A DNA stretch of 64,000 nt from contig NW_027272729.1 of the NCBI RefSeq assembly GCF_040938485.1, positions 1 to 64,000 on the forward strand, given 5' to 3'. Shown here one piece after another: positions 38,201 to 51,700 of the stretch. A model generated the notes under the pieces. It searched no databases and was not told the origin of the DNA. It saw only the letters and a program-made list of their open reading frames with translations. The position numbers and the translations under genes are program-made. Position 1 is the stretch's first letter. Each line of letters begins with the position of its first letter. The stretch is from Diadema antillarum. Taxonomy: Eukaryota.

Positions 38201-40548
38201 AAATTCCCCTCATTTTTTAATGAGATGAAATATATTACTGTATACGCTATAATTTTCGCGTACATAAATTTTCGCGAATTGCCGCTGTCACACATTTTCG
38301 CGAGTGGTTAAATTCGTGATTGGGGGACCAGAGAAAATATGAAGTGGCAAAGAAAGTGTGAATTTTCAACTTACTAGCAAATAAGAATGATACTAGTTAT
38401 ACACTGCATGAAAAAAAACTTACCAAACTCTGCGAACTAGTAAGTTAGAGTTCAACATTTTTGAAGTGGTTAAGTCCTTCGCGCTAGATTTCTGACGAGT
38501 GGTCCCCTTGCGATAATGGATTGGCTCTCTACAGTATTCGTAAGTAGACGTGGACATGCGTAAACAATCTTAGCCAGTATGGTCTGTTCAGTAAGCCGTG
38601 ACATGGTATACTAGTACTGAAATGTTCGTATCATCAAGGCAAGGGATTCATTTTGGAAGGTAATATTTTCGCGTGTTGTTAATTTCGCGAATAGCTCCCG
38701 ACTCGCGAAATTCGCGAAAATAAAACCCCCGCGAAATATATAGCGTATACAGTATATGTCATGTTCCTGGAAATATTGCTTGTGGAGCGTGGATCAACAT
38801 CTTTGGCTTGGTTTGGCAGTGAACTTGACTTTGATATTCATTAGCAGTAATTAGCTATGTGTTCAGTAGCTTTATAATGATTAAAGATTGAACATCATTT
38901 CCCAGTAGAACACCAAGTAAAACATAACAACATCTTCAATCTTTCCCCTTTCTCTGTCTTCTCCAGATGAAATCTGTTGCCCACTTGCCTTGGAGAGCCT
39001 TCATGTATAAGGTAAAAATTATGCCAATTATGCAAATGGGAAAAACAATGCTTATGTCTACATGTATATGAATACATGTACATGTATGATGCCAACACTC
39101 CAGTGGTACCTACGTAAGTAGTGTACATTGCAGCAGTAGTGTAATTTATGTCAGTATACTTGAAATTATATGGAAAATTTCTAACATGTTTTCAGAGGTG
39201 ATGTAGGTAAATTGCATGTTTTGTAGGAGTTTTAATTGTTTAAAATCTTTTTTCTTTTTTCATTTTTTTTTGTGTGTCTTCACTGCTTAGAGGCATCTGG
39301 ATGATAGAGAAGTGTAGATAATAAGAGGTTCACATAATCCAGGTCAGACTGTACATTGTAGTGTCATGTATTGATGTCTGCGAGAGTGTATCACTTTGAA
39401 ATGATAAGAATGAATAGATGAATGAAAGTCAGTCTATTTAATAGCAGGGAGTCATAAAAAAAGGGATATTGGTGCTATTGTGCAGAAGGGCAGAATTAAT
39501 GGCTGAAATGGAACTCACAAGGCTCTAACAAAAGAAAACTTCAAAGAAAAATGAGATGTGCAAGAGCATAACGTGTATGGAATTGTGGCGAGATACTAGA
39601 CAATGCAAATCACCATTTTTATCTTCTGTCTCCACAGGCCTTCAATACTTTTATAGATGACGTATTTGCCTTCATTATCACCATGCCTACCATGCACCGC
39701 CTTGCCTGTTTCCGAGATGATGTCGTCTTCGTCATATATCTTTATCAGAGATGGTAAGTATTTCTCATTTCGTATCTCTCATACTATGTGACCTGATTAT
39801 TGTGTTGTTTTTAAAAAACAGTCTTTGCACATATTGTGGGAGAGTCACTAGATTGGTTTAAAGATAATTTATGACAATATTTTGTCATGACAAATTTTGT
39901 CACTCTATGCCACTTTCATATGATTAGAATATATTTCATGTATTCTGCAAATTTTGACCATGCGAATTCACACAACATCACATGAGCTATTTAAGAGACA
40001 TCCAATAATGATTAATGCCAACAGGCATGCGTACCTGTCAACAGAACTGAACCTTAAAGCATGAATGTAATCAAGATTTCAATGTTTTTCAATAAAAAAC
40101 TTTTTGAAGAATAATTTTGTAATGCATGGTTGGATCAGTGTTTTGCCATAATTTTAACAAGAACAATTGTACATTGCAGTAGCCCTTTGTATGAAATACC
40201 TTAAAGGTGGTTACATTCGCGCGAGTAATTTTTTGTGCTTGGCTGGGTAAGATCGCATGACCACCATGATTCTAAATTACGTGGAATCGAGACATTTATT
40301 AGTGGAATGTATGGCGTGAAAAAATGTTTTGGTGTTTTTATTTTCACGCTGGTTTTTGGTTGCACCAAAAGTGTGAAAATTTCCACACCGCGAAAATTTC
40401 CAATTTTACAGTATTACTTATGCTTGAGGTATTTATAGCCATGTACCATTATTTGTCCCCTCTCTGTAGGCTGTACCCTGTGGACAAGACGCGGATCAAC
40501 GAGTATGGAATGTCATATGAAGAAGACAAAAAGGAACACAAAGACTGA
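26230..40548 (+). CDS. CLPTM1L: CLPTM1-like protein (ER lipid scramblase, CRR9), 535 aa. Coding exons: 26230-26409, 27336-27439, 28355-28541, 29656-29786, 30173-30245, 31183-31300, 32667-32761, 33345-33429, 35179-35282, 36115-36314, 37429-37519, 38967-39011, 39638-39753, 40470-40548
   Basis: All introns are GT-AG and phases are continuous (1608 nt total). Diagnostic segments: TVNVSLP..T.RNGSL, LLFDFLAFKNDISYW, DTSLLVLVPCGIGAIIE, WYSWLI...VNGVYAFGFVFMLPQLFVNYK, KSVAHLPWRAFMYKAFNTFIDDVFAFIITMP.MHRLACFRDDVVFVIYLYQRWLYPVDK.RINEYG. The short N-terminus and these motifs fit CLPTM1L better than CLPTM1. Confidence 0.97.
30965..31085. repeat. (CAT/CAC)n microsatellite in CLPTM1L intron 5
   Basis: Visible trinucleotide run. 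It explains the spurious poly-His and poly-Met ORFs in the track. Confidence 0.9.
31412..31861. mobile_element. MITE with TATGTGAC(C/T)TGTC termini
   Basis: TATGTGACTTGTC at 31412 and GACAGGTCACATA ending at 31861. Confidence 0.5.
32260..32504. mobile_element. TA-flanked MITE; inverted relative of 45785-46025
   Basis: TA|CTGTATATGCCGAATATTTCGCG ... GTGTATGCAG|TA. The internal sequence matches the reverse complement of 45785-46025. Confidence 0.7.
33014..33236. mobile_element. TA-flanked MITE
   Basis: TA|CTGTAAAAC...ATTTTCGC ... CGCGAACATTCCTCGTTTTACAG|TA. Confidence 0.65.
33643..34639 (+). mobile_element. Helentron-associated non-autonomous element (HINE/DINE-1-like), complete
   Basis: 5' T-run, 13-bp subterminal inverted repeat TATGCCTCCGCCA (33647-33659) / TGGCGGAGGCATA (34598-34610), (GTCC)n microsatellite near the 5' end, 3' stem-loop GTCGC-CGTA-GCGAC (34616-34629) and a terminus ending in TT. 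Internal GGTCAAAGGTCA repeats. Confidence 0.75.
36557..36884. mobile_element. Kolobok-type foldback MITE with ~115-bp TIRs, in CLPTM1L intron 10
   Basis: TTAA|AGGGGATGGCTAG...TATCTATTGTTGTGTGAAA on the left, with its near-exact reverse complement ending CTAGCCATCCCCT(T)AA on the right. Confidence 0.75.
37794..38164. mobile_element. MITE with CAGGGTGGTCC termini and an apparent 6-bp TSD
   Basis: GATTAC|CAGGGTGGTCCTC ... GTGGACCACCCTG|GATTAC, with internal GCATGTTGCA repeats. Confidence 0.65.
38238..38752. mobile_element. TA-flanked MITE
   Basis: TA|CTGTATACGCTATAATTTTCGCG ... CGCGAAATATATAGCGTATACAG|TA. Confidence 0.7.
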
Positions 40549-42258
40549 AAGTTGTGCTTTCTTTTAAGTCTTGAGCAACTGTATTATTAGAGTGGCACAG
40601 ATTTCTTTCACAGTATCGCAATCATTTTTTTATATTAAACTCAAGCAATAGTTTGACAGTGTGCCCATTCTGTGACATTCCAAGTGAAGTGATCATCATT
40701 ATCAGCAGGATGATATTGCCATTATTGGACATGATCAGTTTAGACGAGGAACCCTATCAACTCAGTAGGCTCTGTACAGTGTAATATGCACAGTTTGTGC
40801 TTTTCAAACTATCTTGGTAGTGATAGGCTCCTGTTTGTAGATTTTGGGATGGTTGGCCCTGTTTGGCAGCCGTGATGTATGCAGGCATCATCTCTCTTAT
40901 GTGTTGGTACAGAATTTGAGAGTTAGTTGACAATTGCACACACTCAGTATTATGCAAGTCATATCCAGTGGGACCTAAGAGAACACTTCTGCCTGTCCTT
41001 TATTATATTCAACTTGCCTAGAATGAAAACAACAACAACAACTCACCAAGCACTTTTTATGAACTTGTATGAAATATGATTTTCAGCCAGGCAAGAGATT
41101 TCTGTTTCTGAACTTCGCTCAATCTTACTCTCACGTTTCCCTGAGTTATTCAAGGACCATGTTAGGTAAATCCTATCAATAACACATAAAACTATTTTGA
41201 TAAATTTCTCTTTCTGATAGCCTAGATTTTGCATCATTAATGCTTGACAGGCTTTGTTTGCTATGGTAAAGAGGAAGGATATAAATTTTTTGTCTTTTGT
41301 TGAATTAATCTTGAGTGTGGTATATAGATGATAGCCACTACATCTCATATCCCAGCCCTGCAAAACCAGCATGTATACAGAATGTGAGAGCATTTCTCTT
41401 TTGAATTACAAGTTTATTATTAAACATCAAGACAAATTGTTACACTGGACATTTTTGCTGACAATTGAGTAGACTCCGCTACAGTCTTGCATTGCAGATA
41501 CACAGGGTCATAAAATTTTCTTGCAATAATAAAAGCAATGCCCTGTAAAGAAAATGTGAACATTTTAGGCAATAGATTATCATTTTGTTGCAACTGATTG
41601 ACAAATTGCCCTTCACCGTTGTTAATGAAGGGCAATATGTCAATCAGTTGCAAAAAAATAAACAACAGCAAATGACTAGATGCAAGAATTACTCATTTGG
41701 ATTGTCATTTTGTTTGCAATACAACTTTGTGACATTGTGTTGTTTATGATAAATTATTCAACAATATTGCAGACTTAGTGCCTATCCCGCAATCTTACAC
41801 CAGGCGATCCATGTTGCACAAGACTTGTGATATTGTTGCAAACGAAAGTGAGGTGAAAGGTGTGATATGAATGTAAGCCTTTGAGAAAGAATAAATGATT
41901 ATTTTGTTTGCAGACAAGGTTATGATTCCTTGTTTGACTTTGTGTGTTGAGTTTGATGCTTCGTCAGCATTTATTGTGACTTATTGACAAATTGCCCTAC
42001 ATCGACCTAAATGATAGTGTTTTAGTACATGTAGTAGCAACAATGACATATTATAGGCATACTTTCTTGGGTTAGGCTCGAACCAACTATCTCCTGATTA
42101 CTAGACACGCATCATATTCACAAGACAACATACATATGTACCAAGCTTTCATCTGACAACTACAGCTGTAGCACTGGTTCTTAGGGAGTTTAACTTTCCA
42201 TAAAATTGATACTCATGCTAATGTATATGTATAGTCTGTGCAGCACAGTTTGCTTTAA

Positions 42259-42641
42259 AGGGACTGTACAGTACTGGTTGAGGTAGAGATTCATGTTTTG
42301 AACATTCCTAAGTGAGATAATGAAAAGCCTCTTATGAAATATGAAAGAGCATGTAATTTTCAGAAGGATTCAACGTTTATTTGATGAAAATTGGTTTTCA
42401 AATGGCTGAGATATCCAAAAAAGTGCTAATAATAAAAGGCGACATGCCCCAACTTTATTAGTATCTCTTTGTTTCACCTTGTTTTTGGATATCTCAGCCA
42501 TTTCAAAACCGATTTTCATCGAATAAACTTTTGATACCCCTTAGAACCGCATGCTCTTTGACATCTCATAGAGTGGTTTCAGAATATCTCACAAAACATT
42601 AAAAGCTAAATCTTCACCTCGACCAGAACTGTACACACCCT
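42259..42641. mobile_element. Kolobok-type MITE (TTAA TSD, AGG...CCT termini)
   Basis: TTAA at 42255-42258 and 42642-42645. Imperfect TIRs AGGGACTGTACAGTACTGGTTGAGG / CCTCGACCAGAACTGTACACACCCT. Confidence 0.75.
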
Positions 42642-42834
42642 TTAATACTGGTGTAAAGTCACCATTTACCTTTGAATTTCCAAGTATTCAATGAATAGAC
42701 CCTAACAACCTGAAGTACATATTTGAACTGTATATGACAGACCTGTACGTATTAACTGTGGAGTCTACCAATTTTTTTTTTCCCATAAACATTTGAGAAA
42801 CTTTGATACTTCTACTGTGGATGTATCAAATCCC

Positions 42835-42991
42835 NNNNNNNNNNNNNNNNNNNNNNNNNNNNNNNNNNNNNNNNNNNNNNNNNNNNNNNNNNNNNNNNNN
42901 NNNNNNNNNNNNNNNNNNNNNNNNNNNNNNNNNNNNNNNNNNNNNNNNNNNNNNNNNNNNNNNNNNNNNNNNNNNNNNNNNNNNNNNNNNN
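42835..42991. other. Assembly gap (157 N)
   Basis: Run of n. Confidence 1.
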
Positions 42992-45784
42992 ACAGGTTCC
43001 ATGGAAAACCACCTTCATTTGGCAAATACCCCTGAGCAAATAATGTGAATGTACAGATACTAACAAATGAATAGGTACCAGCACACATTTTCAATTGACT
43101 TGATACAATGTACTACAGTGTACATTTTATTACAGCACTCACATTTAATCACACCACACAAACAAATGAAGTAGTTCTTGACTGTTTGATAGAAATATGC
43201 TTGGTTCATTACCAGGCACAATGTAGAGCATATTTCTCATTTAGACAGTCTGTCTTGTTCTGCATCAACTGGCACATCCCAGTCTCCAGAATTCTAGAAA
43301 CTTATGAGAACATGAAGTTCATACATATTGTATTCCACATTGTACTACAGGGAGACCCTGTTACAACGGACTCATTTACATGGTACCGCTTATAACAAGA
43401 GGAATTCTGCACTCCCGGGATTTCATTACTGTATTTGACAGGTCTCTTGTTTAGTATGGTCATGAGTACCAGTAATAACAAGGTAAAATCGGCAGTCCTC
43501 GTGGTCTCATTATAACAAGGTTTTCCTGTATTACTAGCACTCTTCTGTACTAGTTTTAAAAAAAAAAAAAAAAATTTGGCAGATGACAACTTGCTTTTCA
43601 GTCAAGACACCAAACAATACATGTGTAATATGCCATACATAAAAACTGAACAATTTGCAGCAAATATTGCTTACCTGTACACTACTGCACTATAAAAATG
43701 AAGAGAATATGAAAATTTTGCATTACGAAGGCAGGTCCCAGGAAATTACGATGCACAAAGTATTTTGAACATCCTTGTAATGTCGAACCCCACATTAACT
43801 TGGGGATGAGAATAAGCCAGTTTATAGTTCCAGTCTGAGCATGTGCAGATAAAGGTCGTTGCAGACCATCTCTGAAAATGGATTTGCCACTGAGGTATTC
43901 TAAATCTAGATAGGGCTTCATGACAACTGTTTTTAAATGAACCAGGTGAAGACTGTTATTTACACGTGAATGTGCATTCTTTTCAGCAACATTAACAAAA
44001 GCCATTTATGCAGCACTGACATGTAAATTACCACTTCCTGCATGGCAGTTTTCAACTGCTCTTCTTGAAGACTATTCCATGTTTGGCAAAGTCTGTGGTA
44101 GGATAGGTCATTGCAGACTACTGCTAACTGTGAACTGGCTTATTGCACGAGCACCATCTGTCTGACTCAAGTTTGATAGTCTCTTTACCAGCCATGAAGA
44201 AGAAATCAAAGCAGAAACCAGCATGTTGACCAATTATGGTAACTGGGTTCATATCAGTGTGCTGAAGGTCTTTTCCATTCATACACCCAGCTGAATTCAC
44301 TTTTCCTGTAGTCATCTCCAAACACTTGATGCTGCTTTGATTTTAGTTCAACAATAAAAGAGCAAAGTCAGTATAGTGGAACCTTGATATGAAGAGGTTG
44401 GCTATAACAGACCATCTTATAACAAGGTTATTTTGCAGGTCCCAACTCTTCATTTCTTCATGTACCCTGATATAGCGAGAAGCCTGATACAAGTCAACTG
44501 TCTTGATTTTGGGTTCTTGTCATAACAAGGTACTTATGTACTTGTAAGAAACTGAAATTTTGGAGAAATGCATGTCACCTAAAACTTGGTATCTTTCGCT
44601 TCTCTACAAACAAATGAACAGAATTTAAACACCAATACTTGGTATATAATGGCTATTTTTTAGTACACAAAAGTGACTAAACAAAGAACATTTCAACGGT
44701 GTTGGCTATATGTCCCTCGAGTTGGGGTCAATAGCAAAGGAACATACACAAGGGTCAAAGTAATTTCAGCACTTTTTTCATATGAGCACAAAGCCTTTTT
44801 TTTTTTTCTTTGACCAGATGTTACCTACATTCATACAATGTATCGATCAGTCACTTCATTGCACACATGCTTTACTAGCCAAAACTTGTAATGTTGCGCA
44901 AGGGACCTATTGGCCTAGCTGGTTGGGAACAAGCACATACAGCTTTCTACCTTGCATCCAAAAGTGCAATGTGAGGCTGCTGGAGGGCCTTTTGTCTCTC
45001 GCCAATGATACTTGCTCAGTGTCAACATTTTGTAGGTAAATGGAAAGTTGTTTCTGCTCGACCTTGTACCGGTGTGCATTGAAATGAAATTTGAAGTTGT
45101 CTGGCATATCCTCCCCCTACCCCCCCCCCCCCCAACCCCCCTAAAAAATAATAATAATTGATTCCTCTGCTTTGAATATACTATTAGAGAGGGTTTGAAA
45201 GGGGATGATGACTTCCACAATGTTCAACAACATTCCTGCATGGATCTTTAACCTTCAACAATCTTGTTTAGCATTCATCTCTCCCATCTATAAGAATCTA
45301 CATGGTTCTTCAGAAAATTATCATAACACATAAACATTTATCTATCCATTTTTTGTCTTTCCTTCATTTTTATTGTCCACTATGCTATGCAGTATTGTAG
45401 ACTCTTGGTATAACAAACTCCATGAAACTGGTTAAAATATTTTTTTTCTTTTTGTATCCAATATTTGTAATATCTGGTTTTAAAAACCACTGGAGTACAG
45501 AAAAAAAGAAGAACTTTGAGCGAAAAAATTTTCCTGGAACAATGTTTCAAATGAGCTTGTTCTATCATTGTACTTTACACTGAAAGTCCACTCAGCACTG
45601 TGTAATACTTCCTGGACTCCTGTGCAAGCTCAACTTTAGTTTGATAACATCAATAACAACTGAAACACAATGGTACATCAGCCAAAAAAAAAAAAAAGAC
45701 GGTGATGAATAAGAGAGTGTTATACATCTTGCATGCAATGCGTTGGGCTACTGCTTACAGTGAGTATGAATGTGTGGTAAATTA

Positions 45785-46025
45785 CTGTATACGCCATATA
45801 TTTCGCGAGTCTAAATTTTCGAGAATCAGGACTTCCTGACAATTTCGCGAGTGGTTAAATTTGGAAATCATGGAGTCCTGTACTGAACGGAAAAATGTAT
45901 ACGCGTACGTCACATTCATATCGGCATTGGAGTAAATATTTTCGCATGTTTTTACTTTCGCGAATAGCAGCTGACTCGCGAAATTCGTGAAAATAAAAAC
46001 CTCACGAAATATTCGGCGTATACAG
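45785..46025. mobile_element. TA-flanked MITE
   Basis: TA|CTGTATACGCCATATATTTCGCG ... GAAATATTCGGCGTATACAG|TA. Confidence 0.7.
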
Positions 46026-48013
46026 TAGTGCATGCAGTGTACATTGTAAATGTATTCAGGAAAACCCAGCAAAAGTTAAACTGCCTTGTATCACTTTCTC
46101 AAATTGATTCAGCACATTTAAAAACACTTGAGTACCTCTTAAGTTTGATGTGCTGAACCTACAAAGGTCACACTGATTTTATATCCTCATCCTTTACATA
46201 GGTATCATACATGAATGTCTTGAGTAAAATACATCTACTGTGCTTCCATGTGACACTGTACTAAAAAAAAAAAAGGGACAATGGCAAACTGGTATGGATC
46301 ACTCACAAAAGATAATTCTGTAAAGAATTTAATTATAAAAATTAAGTTCTTGTGACTTGGAAAATGTATAGCATGAAAAAAGAAATACAACTTTTCAAGT
46401 TAAACATCATCAGCCCCACCACAGCATCACTGCTCAAAATCTCATCTCTGTATTGAAAAACTCATACTCTCAACAATACCCTAGGCAAGCTGGTCGGGAC
46501 CAAGGAAGGCTTTTAGCTTTAATACTTGTAATACCATCTTTGTGATTAGAAAATTTTATTGGAACTGATATCAAAACTTATCAACATAGAGGTGTAGGGC
46601 AATGAGTAAATTAAATGCAATAAAAATGACCTGATGCAAGAATTTAATCAATTTGAATAGACAATTTCATATCAATTAAAACAAAAGAGAATAGGTTTAT
46701 GCGGCTGCAACGCTGTCAGGGACATACCTCGGTATGTTACTAGCAATGGTTCGACTTGTTCGAGGTTGACTTTACTTCTCAAACACAGTATTACATTTGG
46801 CTAACATTTTGGGTGATTCCAAAAGCCTGAAGAAACAAAAAGAAGACAAAAGCAAAGGAAAAAAAAAAGCAAAACATCGCATGAATATCACCATGGATGA
46901 GATACTGGAATAGCCATGTTGGAGTTCAGTGTGAGATGTCAACAAGTACATTGGCATCCAACCACAGCCAGGGAAGACAGTAGACTTGTGGGAATGGGTT
47001 ACTGCTTCTAGGATCTTGACAAGCAGTCTTACTCCACTGGTCAGTATGCTGCATTTAGCCCGACTTTAATCAAGTCACTCTATCAGTATTAGTGACATTG
47101 CAGGACATTCTGTCAAAATGTTTCTTCATCTAAAATACAGAAGAAGAAAGGTATGAAATATTATGACGAGGCACTTTGCATCACCAGCTAAATCTGCATC
47201 ATCTGTAAAACCTGATAAACTGATCGCCTTCTTGGCCAAGTTCAGTCTGTGCCAAGCCTAACTGACACCCACCAATCCCTCCGTAACAAAACACTCAGTC
47301 AACCTGATTTATATGTTTGAAATCGGACATCTTCAGGAATACTCTCCTACATAATCTAGGATTGGCCTCAAAATTAGTTGTTGTTTTTTCTCAGAACTAC
47401 ATACCTGGCACATAGTCTTATCTTTTACTTTTTATGTCTGTATCTGATGGTTATTAGATATAAGAAAATTCTAGTGTTTGTCTTTTTGTTTGCTCACCTC
47501 AACAGACATCTAATAGATTGTGTGGAAAATTATATCAGCTTCTATGGAAGGCTATCAAACTACATGTATTTCTAACTTGATGCAAATTAAGGTTTTTAAT
47601 AGCTATGCATTAAATATATAAATAAGACACCTCAAAGCAAAATTAGCAGGATGCAATATGCACAGTGCTAGGTGATGGAGCACTCATATCAAGTTCCATT
47701 GTTGCAGCATGAATGAGCCATCAAAAAAAAAAAATCATGCTGACAATAGTATTAAACAGTAATTCCTTGGGTTCTTGTTTGATGCAGCATGCTGCTGCTA
47801 AACATAACGCATGGTGACTGACATCAATGATATCAAAGTCACCCACGTCAATTTTAAACCGATGGCTTTCATTCAGAAACCTGCCCTTGAGAAAACATGA
47901 TGCATACATATCTCCCGCCAAACATGGCATGCTGTCCTCAAATTCAAAACAGATGTAACATAATTTTCTTCTTTCCTGGAGAGCCTTTCATTTCAGCTTG
48001 TCGACAGCAGATC

Positions 48014-51000
48014 TCAGAAGTCGTCATCATCGTCCGAATCCACACGTCTCCTGTCAAACTGAACAGAGAGAGAGAGAGAAACTAAATCAGAAACTAAATC
48101 ACATTTCCACAGAAGCAGTATCATCCACAATGGCAACATTGTGTGTGCTCTATGCTTTTAGCTTCTGAATAGTGGGGAGGCTGGCACAAACTCTCAAAAT
48201 GCCAGCAATTACAGAGTTATTGGACTGTCAAAAGGCAGTAAAGATGCTGCCATACTGTTTGACATTTATGATTTATTGACAACATCTCATTCTGGTGAAG
48301 AGCTACTATTTTGCGATTACATCCAGACTTGCAGTGACGCTTTGCTCCCACAATGCTGTGTGTAAATTGTCTTTAGTGTTGCATGAAGTTTTTGAATCAA
48401 CAGAATTGGATGGACTGCAATGAATGAATCTCCAAACTTACCTTCACTTTTGTTGATCTGCTTGTTTTCTCGCTGACCTGCTCCAGGAAGCTTTTCAACT
48501 GCTCCTCTCCAATCTTGTTGAATTAAAAACAAAATGATTGTTGGTGTAAATCCACTGGGTAACTTTCCCCATAAAGAAAAATGATTTCGTTGCATTTTTT
48601 TTTCCTCCTGTCTTTAAATACAAACTTTGTCAACAAGCAATTTAAGTTTCAGTCAAGCAAACCAAACTACAGCAGTGCATCACATACTCCAGAGCATTCC
48701 AGGTTGCTGATAGACAGAGACCTATCTGATAATGAAAATGAGAGCTGCAAAAAGACTTCTGAGTAATCCTAAAATGCAACTGCCTACAAACAAATATGTC
48801 AAAAAAATATCACCCCAAGAACAAAAAAGAACAAAATAGTCACACTTAGGACTGTGCACTGACTTGAATTTATTCTAAAGTCCACATCATCTATTATTTT
48901 CATGGTACTGAAGGGCAAAAAAGAAAAAGGAAAGAAAGAAAGAAAGAGAGTGTGAGGCACAAGATCTCTTGCTGCCCGGGTCCAGGTCCCGTTTAAGGTC
49001 TCTGGAAGCTATAGGTTATAAATGCTTTCTGGTGCTATCTAATAGCCCATGGAGCTACTTAGCCATAATTTTTAACATACATGACAAATATAAAGTTGGG
49101 CGGGAAAAAAGCTACATTTTAAGCTGGAGAAAACATGTCACAAGACACACAGCCAGAGCTAGAGAAATTCAAACTCAGGCAGGAGAGTGAGAGATTTAGC
49201 AGAAATGACCTCAAAAAGGAAGAGCTGGATATTCAAGGAGTGCATGTGTATGCCTGTGTCTGTGTGTGTGTGTACAGTGTACTATAATTTTGTAATTTAA
49301 GCATTTGAGTAAGTGAGATTGTGAGTGGGTTCACCAGATATGGGGGGGGGGGGGGGGGTGTTCCCTTCTGTTTGATGCGTTTGTCTCTTTTCCTTTTTTA
49401 CTTATAAAATTCTTTCTTTTTCATTCGTAATATCGACAATAAGGAATTTATGTTGTAATAATTGTTTTATTTTGTTATGAATTAATTTGTATATTGTTTA
49501 TATGAAAAAGACAGAAAAATAAAAGATTGTAAAAAACAAAAAAGTACCTTGCCGGGAATCTGGCCAGTTTGAGCCATCCTGATCAGCATGTCTTCTACCA
49601 TCTTAGCCTTCTCTGGCTTGACCAGAGCAATGCTGTTTACTGGATGTGAGAAACAAAAACACAAATACATCAACATATGTATAAAACAGCCAAGAGGAAG
49701 AAAACCTAGTCAATACTCTGAATGACAATCATCTAAAAATTTGATTGGAATGTACACAAACGATGCACCTGTGGTACTGACTAACTATGCTGTTAATTAT
49801 CAAAAACATGTATGTATACATATATATTCTTGCATCAGGTTGTGTTTATTTTTGCAGCTGCTTGATAAACTGAAAAATATCAAACTTAATGATTCTTGTG
49901 CAAAGTTGTGTTTATTGCAGCAGATCAATGTAGAATTGGTTTCCAATCAATTGCAATAATATAAAAAATATTATGAAAAAGAAAATTATACCCGTTACCC
50001 TAAAAATCAATATAGACTTGTATGTGCAAATGTTGTGCATGATCAGCTTTGTTTGTTTGTTTGTTTGTCTTGAAACTTACATCTTGCCCTGGCAGACTGA
50101 TCCAGAAGCTGTGCCAGCATGGAGTTCTTCATCTCTTGCTCCCTAAAAATGTCACGACCAAAAAGACATTAACTTTCACAATGAACTCTTGACAAAACAA
50201 GCATTCTATCAAAGAACTGGTGGTGCCAAGGAAGAGATAACATCACTTCCGAAGGTGCTAGGACAGGAATATTATCCATGATGCAAAAATTAGTTCCTAT
50301 AAAGCTAAAACATGTGCGAGGAGAAAGTGGAGGAAATGTGAAAGACGGATGGAACTTCACATCTGTTGTGGCTATGGGGTCTTCAATCATTTAATAAGTT
50401 ATCCCACACACATTCAAAACTTTGTTAGGTTTATTGCTTTGGTCATGTGACTTGATTAATACAGCTTAATGTCAGGATTTCAATAGTTCTATTTCCCAAA
50501 AGGAGAGCAAATTTCATGATTCAGCTCATTATTACGTAGCATTACATTCTTACAAATCTAACATTACTTGAATAGGTAGATCTGCAAAACTATACAAATC
50601 AGAACATTTTTGTTATCTTGTTTTGACTGTGATAAGGAGGAAAAAGTACTAAAATTGCAGGATTCTACCTCATACCAACTGCTCTGTTCAACTCCATAAT
50701 TACAAAGACAGTTTCCATCCTTTAACTTCCACATACCAACTGTACTACAACAAGTACAAAGAGCAGCCTTTAAAAGGCTGGTTCCAATTTAAAAACATGA
50801 TAGGTAGTTGTTTTCATTTCTTCAAACATGGTTGTCATCATAGCGAGATCATACAGATCAAAACTGTGGTCATAGCCTCAAGTGATACACTTCAAACACA
50901 ATGTACAAGATAATCAAGACACTATTCACATATCACAAGTTATTTCAGATCAATATCAATACTGGGTAATCAATTCAATAATTGAGCATTCCTTCAATGC

Positions 51001-51091
51001 CAGTGCAAAGACCACATGTAGTATGTTGAAAAGTCCACTGCCTGTCTTACCTTTTTCGCGCCTCGGCTTGCTCTTTCTCGTTACCTTGGTT
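48014..51091 (-). CDS. PDCD5: Programmed cell death protein 5, 5'-partial. Coding exons on the minus strand: 51091-51051, 50142-50081, 49639-49548, 48513-48442, 48058-48014. First coding exon not located
   Basis: Spliced translation is [103 protein letters not shown]. It closely follows the PDCD5 family pattern (QSARARL, LVKPEKA, VKF.RR...SDDDD). Phases are consistent. Confidence 0.95.
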
Positions 51092-51239
51092 CTGTAAGCA
51101 TTAAAAGAAAGTACTTTTTTTTTTTACAAAATTTATTTACAAATTACTGTCCCATATATACTTTGCCTTGTTTTTCAAAAATATTAGAAAAAAATACCAG
51201 TAGATTTTACTCATCTTGGTGATTTCCTGCTTGAGTATG

Positions 51240-51700
51240 ATTTATTATATGATAGTCAGTATGGGTCTGCCAAAATTTGTCCACAGATATGTCAGTTATA
51301 GAAAACCAGGACAGAATAATTCATGAAATTAATGGTGGCAAAGATGTTTTAGCAGCATTCATGGATCTTTCAAAGGCTTTTGATTGTCTTTCTCATGAAA
51401 TTTTACTTCAAAAACTACATCATGGTGTTGGAGGTGTACGTTTGAAAGGGTTTAGATCTTAATTATGCGGAAGAAAACAATTTATTGTTCATGATTTTTT
51501 TTTAATTCATCTTTTAAAATATTGATACAGGTGTGCCTCAAGGATCCATGTGTTGGACCCTAACTGTTTTTTGTTTATTTAAACGACATTGTAAACTCTT
51601 GTCATGAATCTCATTTTATTTTACATGCAGATGACACTTCACTTCTTGCCTCTCATAACGATATCAATGTTCTTAATGAATCTTCAGATTAAAATCTTTT
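51240..51700 (+). mobile_element. Decayed CR1/L2-type reverse transcriptase fragment
   Basis: Frameshifted pieces AFMDLSKAFDCLSHEILLQKL, TGVPQGS and HADDTSLL (RT motifs A, B and C). Confidence 0.8.

Noticed and set aside
43682-44340. Minus-strand ORFs between CLPTM1L and PDCD5
   Set aside because: No recognisable domain or splice structure, and the lengths are within chance expectation.
46950-47340. Possible very old RTE-type RT remnant on the minus strand (IRF-T-DDADL after a frameshift)
   Set aside because: A single degenerate motif is not enough to call.
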